Source: an uncultured Clostridia bacterium (GTDB taxonomy: Bacteria; Bacillota; Clostridia; TANB77; UBA1234). Taken from it: 64,000 bases of DNA. Position 1 is the stretch's first letter; every line of letters starts with the position of its first letter. The notes beneath the pieces were generated by a model that was given only the letters and a program-made list of their open reading frames with translations, was not told the origin of the DNA and did no database searches. Made by a program: the position numbers and the translations under genes. The stretch lies in NCBI GenBank assembly GCA_947164995.1, contig CAMUYU010000001.1:23164-87163 (forward strand), written 5' to 3'. Positions 1-9,842 of this stretch are shown one piece after another.

Positions 1-595
1 TGCTATTATCTTCGTCACTCAATTTTGATTTAGATACTTCATTTAAAATTCCAATTATTTTAAATTTGGTACCACCTATTTTAATGTACTGACCAATAAC
101 TGTTGCGCCATCAACATCCTTACCGAAAAAATCTGTCATTACGTGATTACATAGTATACAAACTCTTTGAAGTCTACTTTCATCAACATATTCAATGTTT
201 CTTCCAAAATCAAGCTTTCTGCTTCTTAAATTTATATAATCACCTGTTATTCCATTTATTGGAACATTTTTTTCAGTTTTTCCAACTCTAACTTTTTGCG
301 TAGAAGGAACATACGGAGAAAAAATTGTAATGTTATCGTCGGCTTTTGCCATTTCTTCAATTCCCTCAATAGTTAAATGCTTACTAGTGTTTTGTGCATA
401 CGCACTTGCAACTATAACATTAGAACCCATTTCTTGGAATGTATCCTCAACTTTATTGGTTACACCATTTCCAAGTCCAACTATTAATATAACTGCTGCA
501 ACACCTATAATTATTCCGAGCATTGTAAGAAGTGCACGCATTTTATTTGCCCAGATACTTTTAAGTGCTAAGAAAAAAGATTGTGCTATTTGCAT
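1..595 (-). CDS. ABC transporter permease, FtsX/MacB family (N-terminal part; gene runs off the window start)
   Basis: Reverse translation from the ATG at 593-595 gives MQIAQSFFLALKSIWANKMRALLTMLGIIIGVAAVI..., a typical MacB/FtsX permease N-terminus. It lies directly downstream of the cognate ATPase and has no stop before the window edge. It is not in the ORF track because it is truncated. Confidence 0.7.
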   Translation of the reverse strand, partial: MQIAQSFFLALKSIWANKMRALLTMLGIIIGVAAVILIVGLGNGVTNKVEDTFQEMGSNVIVASAYAQNTSKHLTIEGIEEMAKADDNITIFSPYVPSTQKVRVGKTEKNVPINGITGDYINLRSRKLDFGRNIEYVDESRLQRVCILCNHVMTDFFGKDVDGATVIGQYIKIGGTKFKIIGILNEVSKSKLSDEDNS

Positions 596-615
596 CTTAT
601 TTTCCTTTCAAAAAA

Positions 616-1314
616 CTATTTTTGTTCTGCTTTTACATTTTGTGTAGCAGAGTCTTCAATTATTTTTCCATCATGTATTCTAACAATTCTTTTTGCTTGT
701 TGTGCAATCCCGTTATCATGTGTAACTAGAATAATTGTATTTCCTTCTTCGTTTAGTTTTTTAATTAACTCTAAAACTTCAATACCCGTTCTACTATCCA
801 AAGCTCCTGTTGGCTCGTCTGCAAGTATAACAGAAGGCTTACTAACTAATGCTCTTGCAATTGAAACTCTTTGTTGTTGTCCACCAGAAAGCTGATTTGG
901 ATATCTATTTTCTTTTCCTTCAAGTCCAACTCTTTTTAATGCTTCTTTAGCTCTTTCTGTTCTTTCATATTTTGGTACTCTTTGATAAATAAGAGGTAAC
1001 TCAACATTTGAAATAACATTTAATTTTTGAATTAAGTTGTATTGTTGGAAAATAAAACCTAATTTAAAATTTCTAATGTATGAAAGTTCTTCATCAGAAA
1101 GTGTACTAACATCGATGCCATCTAAAATATATTTTCCATCTGTAGGAATATCTAAGCAACCTATAATATTCATACATGTAGATTTTCCAGAACCTGATTG
1201 ACCTACTATTGCTACGAATTCGCCCTCATCAATATGGAGGCTCATGCCATCTAAAGCATGAACCATTGAATCACCAACTTTATAAATCTTATAAACGTTT
1301 TGCAAATCAATCAT
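616..1314 (-). CDS. ABC transporter ATP-binding protein, MacB/LolD-like
   Basis: Walker A GQSGSGKST, ABC signature LSGGQQQRVSIARAL, Walker B ILADEPTGALD and an H-loop. It sits between an HlyD-like adaptor gene and an FtsX permease gene. Confidence 0.9.
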   Translation of the reverse strand: MIDLQNVYKIYKVGDSMVHALDGMSLHIDEGEFVAIVGQSGSGKSTCMNIIGCLDIPTDGKYILDGIDVSTLSDEELSYIRNFKLGFIFQQYNLIQKLNVISNVELPLIYQRVPKYERTERAKEALKRVGLEGKENRYPNQLSGGQQQRVSIARALVSKPSVILADEPTGALDSRTGIEVLELIKKLNEEGNTIILVTHDNGIAQQAKRIVRIHDGKIIEDSATQNVKAEQK

Positions 1315-1316
1315 TA

Positions 1317-3065
1317 CTAATTCTCCATCATCATTGTAGCAAGATTCTCCATTGAGAACTTACCACTTTCTTTTACTTTATCTGTTAATACAATATCTCC
1401 CTTTTCAAGTCCAGATACTATTTCAACATAATCAGAATTATTAAGTCCTATTTCAACTTTTACTTTTTCATATCCTTGTGGCACTTCTTGATCTTCATCT
1501 TGGAATTCTGGGTTAGAAGATTTTTTATAAACTATATCTCCCTTTCTAACAGCTGTAAGAGGTATTACTAATACGTTATCTTTTTCTGCAACTTTAACTT
1601 TTGCATCTACTGTCATTCCAGAATATATTTCATCAGTTCCAGGAACCTCAATAATAATTGTGTAGTTGGTGGTGCTTCCAATGTTTGTACCAATAACATT
1701 TATATTCGAAACAGTCCCTTTAAATGTCTTATTATCTAATGCTTCTATTGTGACTTCTACTTCTTGTCCTAACTGAATTTTTGTAATATCCAATTCATCT
1801 ATTTGCATTTCAAATTTTAATGTAGATACATCTGCAACTATTGCCATAACGTTTGAAGCTGATTGTTGATAATTTGAAATTACATCGCCCTTTTTGCTAT
1901 TTTTAAATACTATTCTTCCTGTGATTGGAGAAGTAATATAATAGTTATCTAATTGCTGTCTTGTGCCATTTAAAGAGTTTTGCGCATTTTTCTTTGCAAT
2001 TTTTGCATTTTCTATTGAAAGAGCAGCATTATCTAATTGTGTGTTTAAATTGCTGTTTTCAAGTACCGCAATTAAATCTCCTTTATGTACATATGAACCA
2101 TTTTCAACATATAGTTCTTTTACAGTTCCTGTACTATCTGAAAGAACAACATTTGAACTCTTTGGTTTTAAATATGAATTATTAATACTTACAATTTGTG
2201 AACCATCACTTACAAATATTGTACCTTCAACTCTAGCATTATCTACACTATAGCCTGATGTTTCTAGAGAAATAGTAACATCTGTAACTTGTGCGCCCAT
2301 ATTATTTAAGTTTGTGCTATCTGATACTTTTACAACTTTACCATCAAGATAATAAATATAATCTAAAAAGAATAGTGAAACTCTGTCGCCTGGCATAACA
2401 TTTTTAATTGTTGCACTTCTAAATTGAAGTGTTACTTCATAAACATTTTTTTCGTTAATGTCACAAACAACACTCATTGCATTAACATATGAGCCTTCGC
2501 TTAACATTAGGTTTTCTACAAAACCATCTGCAGAAGAATATATTTTTAAATCATTAATTTGTTTTAAAATGTTGTCGTAACTTTGTTGCGCTTGTGAAAT
2601 TGAAACATTTGATTGTTGTACTCCTAAATTTGCTTGATTGATGCTTGTATTTACATCTTTAGAATCAATTATATAAAGCACATCACCTTTTTGAACATCT
2701 TCATTTGCAACTACAAAATCTGATAAAATTTCGCCTGTAACTTTTGGAGTAATATTATAAATACTATTTGCTGTAATTACACCATCACCTTCAACTGTAA
2801 CTGCAATATTTCCATAATCTACGACATTTTCGTCAAAGTTAAATTCTTTTACTTCTTCAACTTTTGGTGCATTGTATTTAGAATAAAAATAAATTCCAAC
2901 AATAACACCAATGATAATTAATCTCTTGGTGTATCGTTTGATTCTTTCCATTCTTCTTTTTCTGTGAAACATCTTGTTAGCATCTTTATCGCTTATGCTA
3001 GTCGCTGTTCCACTAACACTATTTACATTCGCTTGTGTTGTATCTTGAACATTGTTTTCGCTCAT
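1317..3065 (-). CDS. HlyD-family periplasmic adaptor/membrane-fusion protein (MacA-like), 582 aa
   Basis: An N-terminal TM helix (LIIIGVIVGIYFY) is followed by a long coiled-coil/beta-barrel region. Its position immediately upstream of the MacB-like ATPase and permease forms a tripartite efflux operon. Confidence 0.75.
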   Translation of the reverse strand: MSENNVQDTTQANVNSVSGTATSISDKDANKMFHRKRRMERIKRYTKRLIIIGVIVGIYFYSKYNAPKVEEVKEFNFDENVVDYGNIAVTVEGDGVITANSIYNITPKVTGEILSDFVVANEDVQKGDVLYIIDSKDVNTSINQANLGVQQSNVSISQAQQSYDNILKQINDLKIYSSADGFVENLMLSEGSYVNAMSVVCDINEKNVYEVTLQFRSATIKNVMPGDRVSLFFLDYIYYLDGKVVKVSDSTNLNNMGAQVTDVTISLETSGYSVDNARVEGTIFVSDGSQIVSINNSYLKPKSSNVVLSDSTGTVKELYVENGSYVHKGDLIAVLENSNLNTQLDNAALSIENAKIAKKNAQNSLNGTRQQLDNYYITSPITGRIVFKNSKKGDVISNYQQSASNVMAIVADVSTLKFEMQIDELDITKIQLGQEVEVTIEALDNKTFKGTVSNINVIGTNIGSTTNYTIIIEVPGTDEIYSGMTVDAKVKVAEKDNVLVIPLTAVRKGDIVYKKSSNPEFQDEDQEVPQGYEKVKVEIGLNNSDYVEIVSGLEKGDIVLTDKVKESGKFSMENLATMMMEN

Positions 3066-3178
3066 TTTAGTTCCTGCTTTCTAATTTAACATTTGGCTTT
3101 CATTTGTAGATTAATCAAAAATATCTTAATATAACATTTTACACTAAACTATGCTATCGTTCAATATTTGTAGGCTAT

Positions 3179-5092
3179 TTAGTTTTTAAATTCAACGTAC
3201 TGAATATTATCATAAATGTACTTAATCATTTCTTCTAAATTGTCGCACTTAGATATGTCAATATAAGAAATTGCACCGCCTAGAGTTAAATTTTGAAATT
3301 CCGCTTCTAGCTTAATCTTTTGTTTTATATCTAATTCATCATCTGGACTATGGAACGAATTGGTATAATTTTCTTTATCCGTTATCCCTTTGATGCTTCC
3401 ATAAATATCTTTATCTATTTTTATAAATCTATCGTTTAAGCAAGACTCTGGAGTTGCAAATAATACAAAGCCTATACCTGTTTCCTTTCTCCACGAGTCA
3501 ACTAATTCTTTCATTTTCTTTACTACTTTGATTGCAAATTCGTGACCTTCAGGAGTTTCTATAGATGTGTTTTTAAGTGCTTGTGTTACTTCATTAAGAC
3601 CTGTGTAACCCAAAGACAAAGTTGAATATCCTCCTTTTAAAAGTTCATCTATTTTTTCGCCAGCTTTTAATCTTGCAACAGCTCCATATCTCCAATGGAT
3701 AGGTGAAACGTCCGAAGTAGTGCCTAAAAGAGCATAGTGTCTACACATTAATGCATCATAGCAAAGCTTCATTCTTTCATCTAGTTCTTGCCAAAACTTT
3801 TCTTCACTACCATCTGCAACTATAGCAATTTGTGGAAGATTGATTGTAACTACACCTTGATTAAATCTTCCTTCAAATTTATAATTGCCATCCTTATCTT
3901 TCCAAGATGGTAAGAAACTTCTACATCCCATTGGGCTATACACATTTGATTGATAATTTTTCTTCATTATTTTTGCAGATATAAAATCTGGATATTTTCT
4001 CTTTTTGGCACAATCAATTGCAAGTTTCGTTAAATAGTCAAATTCTCCGCCAGATAAGTTATTGTTTTCATCTAAAACATAAATTAATTTTGGAAAATCT
4101 GTTGCTACATACTCACCGTCTTCGTTTTTTATTCCTTGAATTCTTTGATTAAATATTTCTTTTATAATCATTGCATTTTCTTTTTTATACTCATCATCTT
4201 GAATATGTAGATATAGGGTTACAAAAGGAGCTTGGCCTTTTGTAGTCATTAATGTATTAATCTGATATTGTATAGTTTGAATCCCTGAAGCAAGTTCATT
4301 TTTTAGTCTTCTTCTTGCAATTTTTTCTGCAAATTCCTTTTTAATATCTTTTCCAACTTCTTCTTTTATTTCTACCAAAAATTTTTCATAGCTTTTTCTT
4401 AAATACTTACCTAGATATGAAACATCTACTGATTGTCCACCATATTGTGCACTTGCAACACTTGCAATTATTTGCGTTGTGACATTACACGCAACTTGAA
4501 AAGACTTTGGCGTTTCTATCATGATTCCATTCATAGTAGTTCCATTATCTAGCATATCTCGAATATTAATTAAGCAGCAATTAAAAATTGGTTGTAAAAA
4601 ATAATCACTATCGTGAAAAAACAACACACCATCTTCGTGTGCCGTTGAAATTTTTTCTGGAAGTAGAATTCTCTTGGTTAAATCTTTTGATACTTCACCT
4701 GCAATTAAATCTCTTTGTGTAGATGCAATTACAGATACGTTATTGGTTTTACCATCTAAAAGATCTTTTCCTTGATTTTTAATCAATCCCAAAATTGATT
4801 GGTCTGTAGAATTTGCTTTTCTAACTAAAGCTCTTGTGTACCTATAAATCATGTATTTTTTTGCTAGTTCAAAGTGCTTCATGTCCATAAGCTGTTCTTC
4901 TATGATATCTTGAATATCTTCTACAAGGATTCTCTTTCTATCTAGTTCCATTACATAATTAATAATTGCTTTTATTTCATCTTTTGTGGCCCTTTCTTTA
5001 GGACGCACCTCGTTATTTGCTTTTTCAATGGCAATTTCAATCTTATTTCTGTCGAAATCTACTGCCCTTCCATCTCTTTTTATTACTTTCAT
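3179..5092 (-). CDS. nrdD: Class III (anaerobic) ribonucleotide reductase NrdD homolog with ATP-cone, apparently lacking the C-terminal Zn-ribbon/glycyl-radical domain
   Basis: It has an ATP-cone (MKVIKRDGRAVDFDRNKIEIAIEKA) and the conserved NrdD core motifs FNCCLINI, QIIASVASAQYGGQ, SPMGCRSFL and NSFH...LGGAISYI. The ORF stops before the expected CxxC...CxxC...RVCGY segment, and the downstream 110 nt is noncoding. Confidence 0.75.
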   Translation of the reverse strand: MKVIKRDGRAVDFDRNKIEIAIEKANNEVRPKERATKDEIKAIINYVMELDRKRILVEDIQDIIEEQLMDMKHFELAKKYMIYRYTRALVRKANSTDQSILGLIKNQGKDLLDGKTNNVSVIASTQRDLIAGEVSKDLTKRILLPEKISTAHEDGVLFFHDSDYFLQPIFNCCLINIRDMLDNGTTMNGIMIETPKSFQVACNVTTQIIASVASAQYGGQSVDVSYLGKYLRKSYEKFLVEIKEEVGKDIKKEFAEKIARRRLKNELASGIQTIQYQINTLMTTKGQAPFVTLYLHIQDDEYKKENAMIIKEIFNQRIQGIKNEDGEYVATDFPKLIYVLDENNNLSGGEFDYLTKLAIDCAKKRKYPDFISAKIMKKNYQSNVYSPMGCRSFLPSWKDKDGNYKFEGRFNQGVVTINLPQIAIVADGSEEKFWQELDERMKLCYDALMCRHYALLGTTSDVSPIHWRYGAVARLKAGEKIDELLKGGYSTLSLGYTGLNEVTQALKNTSIETPEGHEFAIKVVKKMKELVDSWRKETGIGFVLFATPESCLNDRFIKIDKDIYGSIKGITDKENYTNSFHSPDDELDIKQKIKLEAEFQNLTLGGAISYIDISKCDNLEEMIKYIYDNIQYVEFKN

Positions 5093-5195
5093 TAAACTTC
5101 CTCCATATTTGCTTGATAGAGTTCATTTTTTCCTATATAATCTCACTAAAGTATACTAAAAAGATGGCTAAAAATAAAGAAGTTGAGGAGAAATT

Positions 5196-5819
5196 ATGGT
5201 AGATATTGAAAAAATTCTTGAAATGAAGAATTTTTGTCATCAATTAATCAAAAAAGAATATGCAAAACATGCCGAAATTACTTCATATATCCAAAAAAGA
5301 AAGCAAATTTTCATTCTGCTAAGTGGAGAAGCTGTTTTGGTAAGATATGATGAACGTGGCAATAAAGATATTGTCGATTTTTACAGAGAAGGTAGTGTCT
5401 TTGGAGAGGCTTTTTATAACGTTTTTACTAATAGTGAACTTTGTGTTATTGCTACTAAAAAATGTATTGTTCTTACAATGATGTTAGATGATGTAATAAA
5501 AAAATGTGATCCAAAATGTAAATTTCATGAAGAATTAAATACAACTTTATTAAATTTATTGTTCGAAAATACAACCCACTTAAACTCTAGAATAGAAATG
5601 ATTTCAAAACGTACTATTCGTGAAAAACTCCATTTTTATTTTGAAACACTTTCTACAGAAAACTTTTCAAGTAGAGTAAGACTTCCTTTTTCTCTTACTG
5701 ATTTAGCTGATTTTTTAAGTGTTAATAGAAGCGCTATGATGCGCGAATTAAAGGCATTAGAAGATGATGGAATTATTCAAAAAATAGGGAAAAATACATA
5801 TAAATTATTATACAAATAA
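5196..5819 (+). CDS. Crp/Fnr-family transcriptional regulator
   Basis: An N-terminal cNMP-binding-like beta-roll is followed by a C-terminal HTH (LTDLADFLSVNRSAMMRELKALEDDGII). It is divergent from nrdD. Confidence 0.8.
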   Translation: MVDIEKILEMKNFCHQLIKKEYAKHAEITSYIQKRKQIFILLSGEAVLVRYDERGNKDIVDFYREGSVFGEAFYNVFTNSELCVIATKKCIVLTMMLDDVIKKCDPKCKFHEELNTTLLNLLFENTTHLNSRIEMISKRTIREKLHFYFETLSTENFSSRVRLPFSLTDLADFLSVNRSAMMRELKALEDDGIIQKIGKNTYKLLYK

Positions 5820-5851
5820 AAAGACGAGGAAAAAATCCTCGTCTTTTTTTG
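5820..5851. terminator. Bidirectional rho-independent terminator between convergent genes
   Basis: Stem agacgagga / cctcgtct with a 7-nt loop, followed by a T7 run (A-run on the other side). Confidence 0.7.
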
Positions 5852-6871
5852 TTATGCATATAAATTATTCAATCTTTCATATGTGATACGCTCGGTAACA
5901 TCAAAATAAGATATACCATTTTCGATATCACTCTTTTCCCAATATAGTTTAAGAACAAGATGTCCATGCAGGGCTGTGTCGGTTGTATCTACGACTTCAT
6001 AATCATAGAAACTAATTTCGTTTTGGTAAAACACTTCTCCTGCAACTATAAGCAGAATCAGTTCTCCAAAGTCGCCATAGGGACTTCTTACGATAAGGCA
6101 GGTATCTCCGCCAATAATGTAAGAAGTCATTGAAACTTCCCCTATATTGGCATTCGAGGCCTTACTAAGGAGTTCATTGATAACCGAATAAGAATGCAGA
6201 TTGGAAAACTGTTCTTCTCTTGCCTGATTATCATAGATGCACCTTACAAAGGAAGCCTTGTCCTGCTCTTTTGTAAGTGTCATCTCTTTTTCCAGGATAA
6301 TAAAGTCACTCTGGCCTTCTGAAGACCTCGCCGGCTCAAAGAAGATGGCACGATTTCTCTTAATGGAGTTAGCATATGGACTATTTGCATATGTAACAAC
6401 AGTGGGAATAATCTTGCTTCTCTTCTCTCTGATGGTGTTGACATCGGAAGTAGTATGGTACAAAATGACATATTCACGAGTTACGTCATTGTATACCACA
6501 TTGGGCGTTCCGCCATCATAGATTACAAATTTATAAAAGACATCCTTGCAAGAAGGGGCAACCGAAGAAAGTGTAACAAATCTGCTAGTTTTCACATCAT
6601 ACAGGGCACCTTCAACCAAGAGGGCAGTCTTTTTGCAGCCCCATCTGGCTTCGATTGCCGGGAAGTTCATAGATTCTTTGGTCACAAAGATAAATCTAAC
6701 CCGTTCCTGCTCGTAAAAACCATAGTATTTATAACCGTTGTAGTTGCCCATAAGGCCTCTTACCATCTGCCGACACTCAATGATGTCAAACATCTTGGGT
6801 TTTTCATCATGAATGAGGTAAATACCAAAGTCTGAGGGCACTACGGTCCATTTGTTGAGATAAAAGTTCAT
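5852..6871 (-). CDS. Hypothetical protein, 339 aa, encoded in a GC-rich (about 45-50% GC) single-gene island
   Basis: A long ORF whose base composition is clearly different from the flanking roughly 28% GC DNA. I recognise no domain motif. Confidence 0.6.
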   Translation of the reverse strand: MNFYLNKWTVVPSDFGIYLIHDEKPKMFDIIECRQMVRGLMGNYNGYKYYGFYEQERVRFIFVTKESMNFPAIEARWGCKKTALLVEGALYDVKTSRFVTLSSVAPSCKDVFYKFVIYDGGTPNVVYNDVTREYVILYHTTSDVNTIREKRSKIIPTVVTYANSPYANSIKRNRAIFFEPARSSEGQSDFIILEKEMTLTKEQDKASFVRCIYDNQAREEQFSNLHSYSVINELLSKASNANIGEVSMTSYIIGGDTCLIVRSPYGDFGELILLIVAGEVFYQNEISFYDYEVVDTTDTALHGHLVLKLYWEKSDIENGISYFDVTERITYERLNNLYA

Positions 6872-6965
6872 AAAAATACCTCCAAAATTTTAAGATATTA
6901 GTGTATAAGCTATTTACATACCTTTACATAATACCATATTTTGGAGGAGAAGTCAACATAATATC

Positions 6966-7697
6966 CTAATTATTAACCTTAGTTTTTGATGTTTTATTTA
7001 CTATATAGCTCCTTTGAAATATAAATGCGTGAGTTATAAAGAATAAGTGTCTGAAGCCATCTCTAATGGTCTTTAAATGTGCACCATGCCCTCTTTTGTC
7101 TTTTCTTAATATTGTTGCTACTTCACACATTTTAATGCCATTAATTTTTGCCTTTATAATCATTTCGCTTGCATATTCCATACCCGGACAGCTAAGCTTT
7201 ATATTTTTAATTTTTTCAGTATCATAAAATCTTAATCCGCAGTGAAAATCTTTAATTGGAGTTTGGAAAAATAAATTTGCATATCCGCTTAAAAACTTAA
7301 CTCCAAAGTAATGAGAAATCGGCATTGCATTTTTTTCAATTCCGCCTTTATAACGATTTCCAACAACCATCTCATAACCTTCATCTAGCTTTTCGATAAA
7401 TTGTTTTATGTTATAAAAGTCATAACTTCCATCACAATCTCCCATTACACAATATTTACCATTTGCATTTTTAGTTCCATTAATTAATGCATTACCATAA
7501 CCTTTTTCTTCACAAATGCAAACTCTTGCACCTAAACTTTCTGCGATTTCTCTACTTTTATCTGTACTTCCATTATCTGAAACTAAAATTTCAGCATCTA
7601 AATGATTGTCTTCAATTGATTTTTTAATTTCATTAATACAATATTCAATTGTGTTTTCTTCATTTAAACATGGTAATATAAAAGTAAATTGGGGCAT
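6966..7697 (-). CDS. Family 2 glycosyltransferase (dolichyl-phosphate/polyprenyl-phosphate sugar transferase-like)
   Basis: N-terminal GT2 signature FILPCLNEENTIEYCI..., ...SDNGSTDKS... and a DxD-like CDGSYD. Confidence 0.8.
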   Translation of the reverse strand: MPQFTFILPCLNEENTIEYCINEIKKSIEDNHLDAEILVSDNGSTDKSREIAESLGARVCICEEKGYGNALINGTKNANGKYCVMGDCDGSYDFYNIKQFIEKLDEGYEMVVGNRYKGGIEKNAMPISHYFGVKFLSGYANLFFQTPIKDFHCGLRFYDTEKIKNIKLSCPGMEYASEMIIKAKINGIKMCEVATILRKDKRGHGAHLKTIRDGFRHLFFITHAFIFQRSYIVNKTSKTKVNN

Positions 7698-7707
7698 TTT
7701 AAACTCC

Positions 7708-9108
7708 TTATTTATTCTTTAAAATGTGGTCTGAAACCATTAGACCTTGTGCTGAAGCTTGTGCAAGAGATCTTGTAAAGCCTGCACCATCTCCAATTGC
7801 GTAATAATTATTTTTACCTGCAAGTCTAAATTCATCATCTGTTTCTGGTCTAGCACCATAGTACTTGCACTCTATACCATAAAGAAGCGTATCGTAGTTT
7901 GCAGTGCCTGGAGCAATTTTATCTAATTGATGAAGCATCTCTATAATATTGTCTAATTGTCTTTTCGGCATACATAAACTTAAATCACCTGGTACAGCGC
8001 CTTTTAAAGTTGGTTGAACTGTAGATTGTCTTAATCTCTTTATATCTGTTCTTCTTCCTAACTCTAAATCTCCAAGTCTTTGAACTATTACTCCACCGCC
8101 TGAAACCATGTTTGCAAGCCCTGCAGTATATCTTGCATATTCAATTGGTTGATTGAAAGGTTCTGTAAATCTTGTTGTAGAAAGTATGGCAAAATTTGTG
8201 TTTTTTGTTTTCTTTTCTTCTGCTTTATATGCATGACCGTTAACAGTTAAAATACCATCTGTATTTTCTGTAACAACTTCACCACGACCATTGAAGCAAA
8301 ACATTCTACATATATCTCCGTATTGTCTTGTTCTATACACAACTTTTGGTTCATAGATTTTCTTTTCGAAATCTTCCCAAATACTTGCTGGAAGTTCTAC
8401 TCTAACACCGACATCAACTTGATTGTTTTTTAGATTTACACCATGTTCTCTGCACCAGCCACTAAAGAATCTACTTCCTGCTCTTCCAGTTGCAAAAATA
8501 ATAATATCAAAAATTTCTTCATATTCTTCTTTGCCGTCGTCACCAACTTTTTTAAAAATATGTTTTTTATCATCCTTATCATCAGTAACATCACAAACAT
8601 CAAATTGAGTTAAAATTTTCACTCTATCTTTACCAATTTTTTGAATATTATTAACCAAGCTAACCATAGTGTCAAAGTTAGCATCTGTTCCTAAATGTTT
8701 ACACTCTGATTGAAGCATGTGTAAGTCATATTTTAGGCACTCTTTTTTTAATTCGTCGTTTGGCATAAATCTATATGTAGTAGCACCATTTTCAACCAAA
8801 ATAGAGTCTGCTTTTTCTATATATTCTAAAGTATCATCTCTTATGTCTTGAAGCCATCCACCAAATTCAGTAGTAATGTTATATTTTCCATCACTAAAAG
8901 CACCGGCTCCAGCTATTCCTTCCATGATTGCACAACTTTTACATTTTAAACATTTATCTGTCTTTTTCTGTAAAATAGGACATTGTCTTTTTTCTAAAGA
9001 ATTTCCTCTTTCAAAAATTGTAACATTTACATCTTTAGAATTTTTAATGAGGTTATATGCTGCCATCAAGCTACTAATTCCTCCACCAACAATTCCAACT
9101 TTTTTCAT
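7708..9108 (-). CDS. FAD-dependent oxidoreductase (COG2509-like uncharacterized FAD-dependent dehydrogenase)
   Basis: Rossmann dinucleotide motif VGIVGGGISSLMAAY at the N-terminus, a Cys cluster CPILQ...CLKCKSC, and a C-terminal GDGAG FAD motif. Confidence 0.7.
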   Translation of the reverse strand: MKKVGIVGGGISSLMAAYNLIKNSKDVNVTIFERGNSLEKRQCPILQKKTDKCLKCKSCAIMEGIAGAGAFSDGKYNITTEFGGWLQDIRDDTLEYIEKADSILVENGATTYRFMPNDELKKECLKYDLHMLQSECKHLGTDANFDTMVSLVNNIQKIGKDRVKILTQFDVCDVTDDKDDKKHIFKKVGDDGKEEYEEIFDIIIFATGRAGSRFFSGWCREHGVNLKNNQVDVGVRVELPASIWEDFEKKIYEPKVVYRTRQYGDICRMFCFNGRGEVVTENTDGILTVNGHAYKAEEKKTKNTNFAILSTTRFTEPFNQPIEYARYTAGLANMVSGGGVIVQRLGDLELGRRTDIKRLRQSTVQPTLKGAVPGDLSLCMPKRQLDNIIEMLHQLDKIAPGTANYDTLLYGIECKYYGARPETDDEFRLAGKNNYYAIGDGAGFTRSLAQASAQGLMVSDHILKNK

Positions 9109-9157
9109 AATGCATCACTCCAATACTACTTTCTATATTAGAAAGCAAAAATTAATT

Positions 9158-9197
9158 TTAAAAAAATTAAAAGCGATGTGTAAAAAACCATCGCTTA
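9158..9197 (-). terminator. Rho-independent terminator downstream of minC
   Basis: Stem aagcgatg / catcgctt followed by a U-run on the minus strand. Confidence 0.55.
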
Positions 9198-9201
9198 AAT
9201 T

Positions 9202-9816
9202 TTATTTTTCGATGTTTATTTCTCCCATTGTAATTCTCGCAATTTCATACCCATTACTTACATCGATTTTTTCTTCATTTTTAAGCATTAAATCGGCAAT
9301 TCGAAGTTGTGTAGCATTTATATTATTAGCAGCAATAAAACAAGAACGATTTCCTTTTGCGCCTGCATGAACATGCCCTCTAATATCTCCTACAACAACT
9401 ATATTTTGTTCAGCCACAACTTCTGAGCCTGCATTAACATCTCCTAATAAAATAACACTGCCCTCAAATTCAATTCTTTGTCCTGAACGGACTGTACCCA
9501 TAAATACTTTTGAATTTGTGATTGTAGCATCTTTGTTAAATATGCTCTCTATAGTGGCGAGTCCTAGCTTCTTAGGCTTTTCAATTATGACTTCTAAATC
9601 TGTTTTTTTAGCAAAAATATTTTGAATTTCTTGTTCTTCATTATCTGCTAATCTTTTTCCAACCACCATAATAGGAGGTTCAATTCCTTCAAATAATCCA
9701 GAAGAAGCATCCAAAATAGAAATTAATTTATTCTTAATATCTGCATAATCTGCATTTTTATTTATAGTAACTTTTAATTTATTATCTTTATTTTCAAATA
9801 AGACTTCTGTGTTCAT
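9202..9816 (-). CDS. minC: Septum site-determining protein MinC
   Basis: The C-terminal beta-helix region GSVILLGDVNAGSEVVAEQNIVVVGDIRGHVHAGAKGN is typical of MinC. Confidence 0.85.
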   Translation of the reverse strand: MNTEVLFENKDNKLKVTINKNADYADIKNKLISILDASSGLFEGIEPPIMVVGKRLADNEEQEIQNIFAKKTDLEVIIEKPKKLGLATIESIFNKDATITNSKVFMGTVRSGQRIEFEGSVILLGDVNAGSEVVAEQNIVVVGDIRGHVHAGAKGNRSCFIAANNINATQLRIADLMLKNEEKIDVSNGYEIARITMGEINIEK

Positions 9817-9842
9817 TTTTTCTCCTTTATCATATAAGATAA

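Noticed and set aside
330-895. Plus-strand ORFs 330..647 and 581..895.
   Set aside because: They are antisense to the FtsX permease N-terminus and the ABC ATPase. They are low-complexity hydrophobic translations with no RBS.
6237-6835. Plus-strand ORFs (94, 126 aa) and a 65-aa minus ORF inside the GC-rich gene 5852..6871.
   Set aside because: They are antisense or overlapping frames kept open by the elevated GC. The 339-aa frame is far longer and terminator-delimited.
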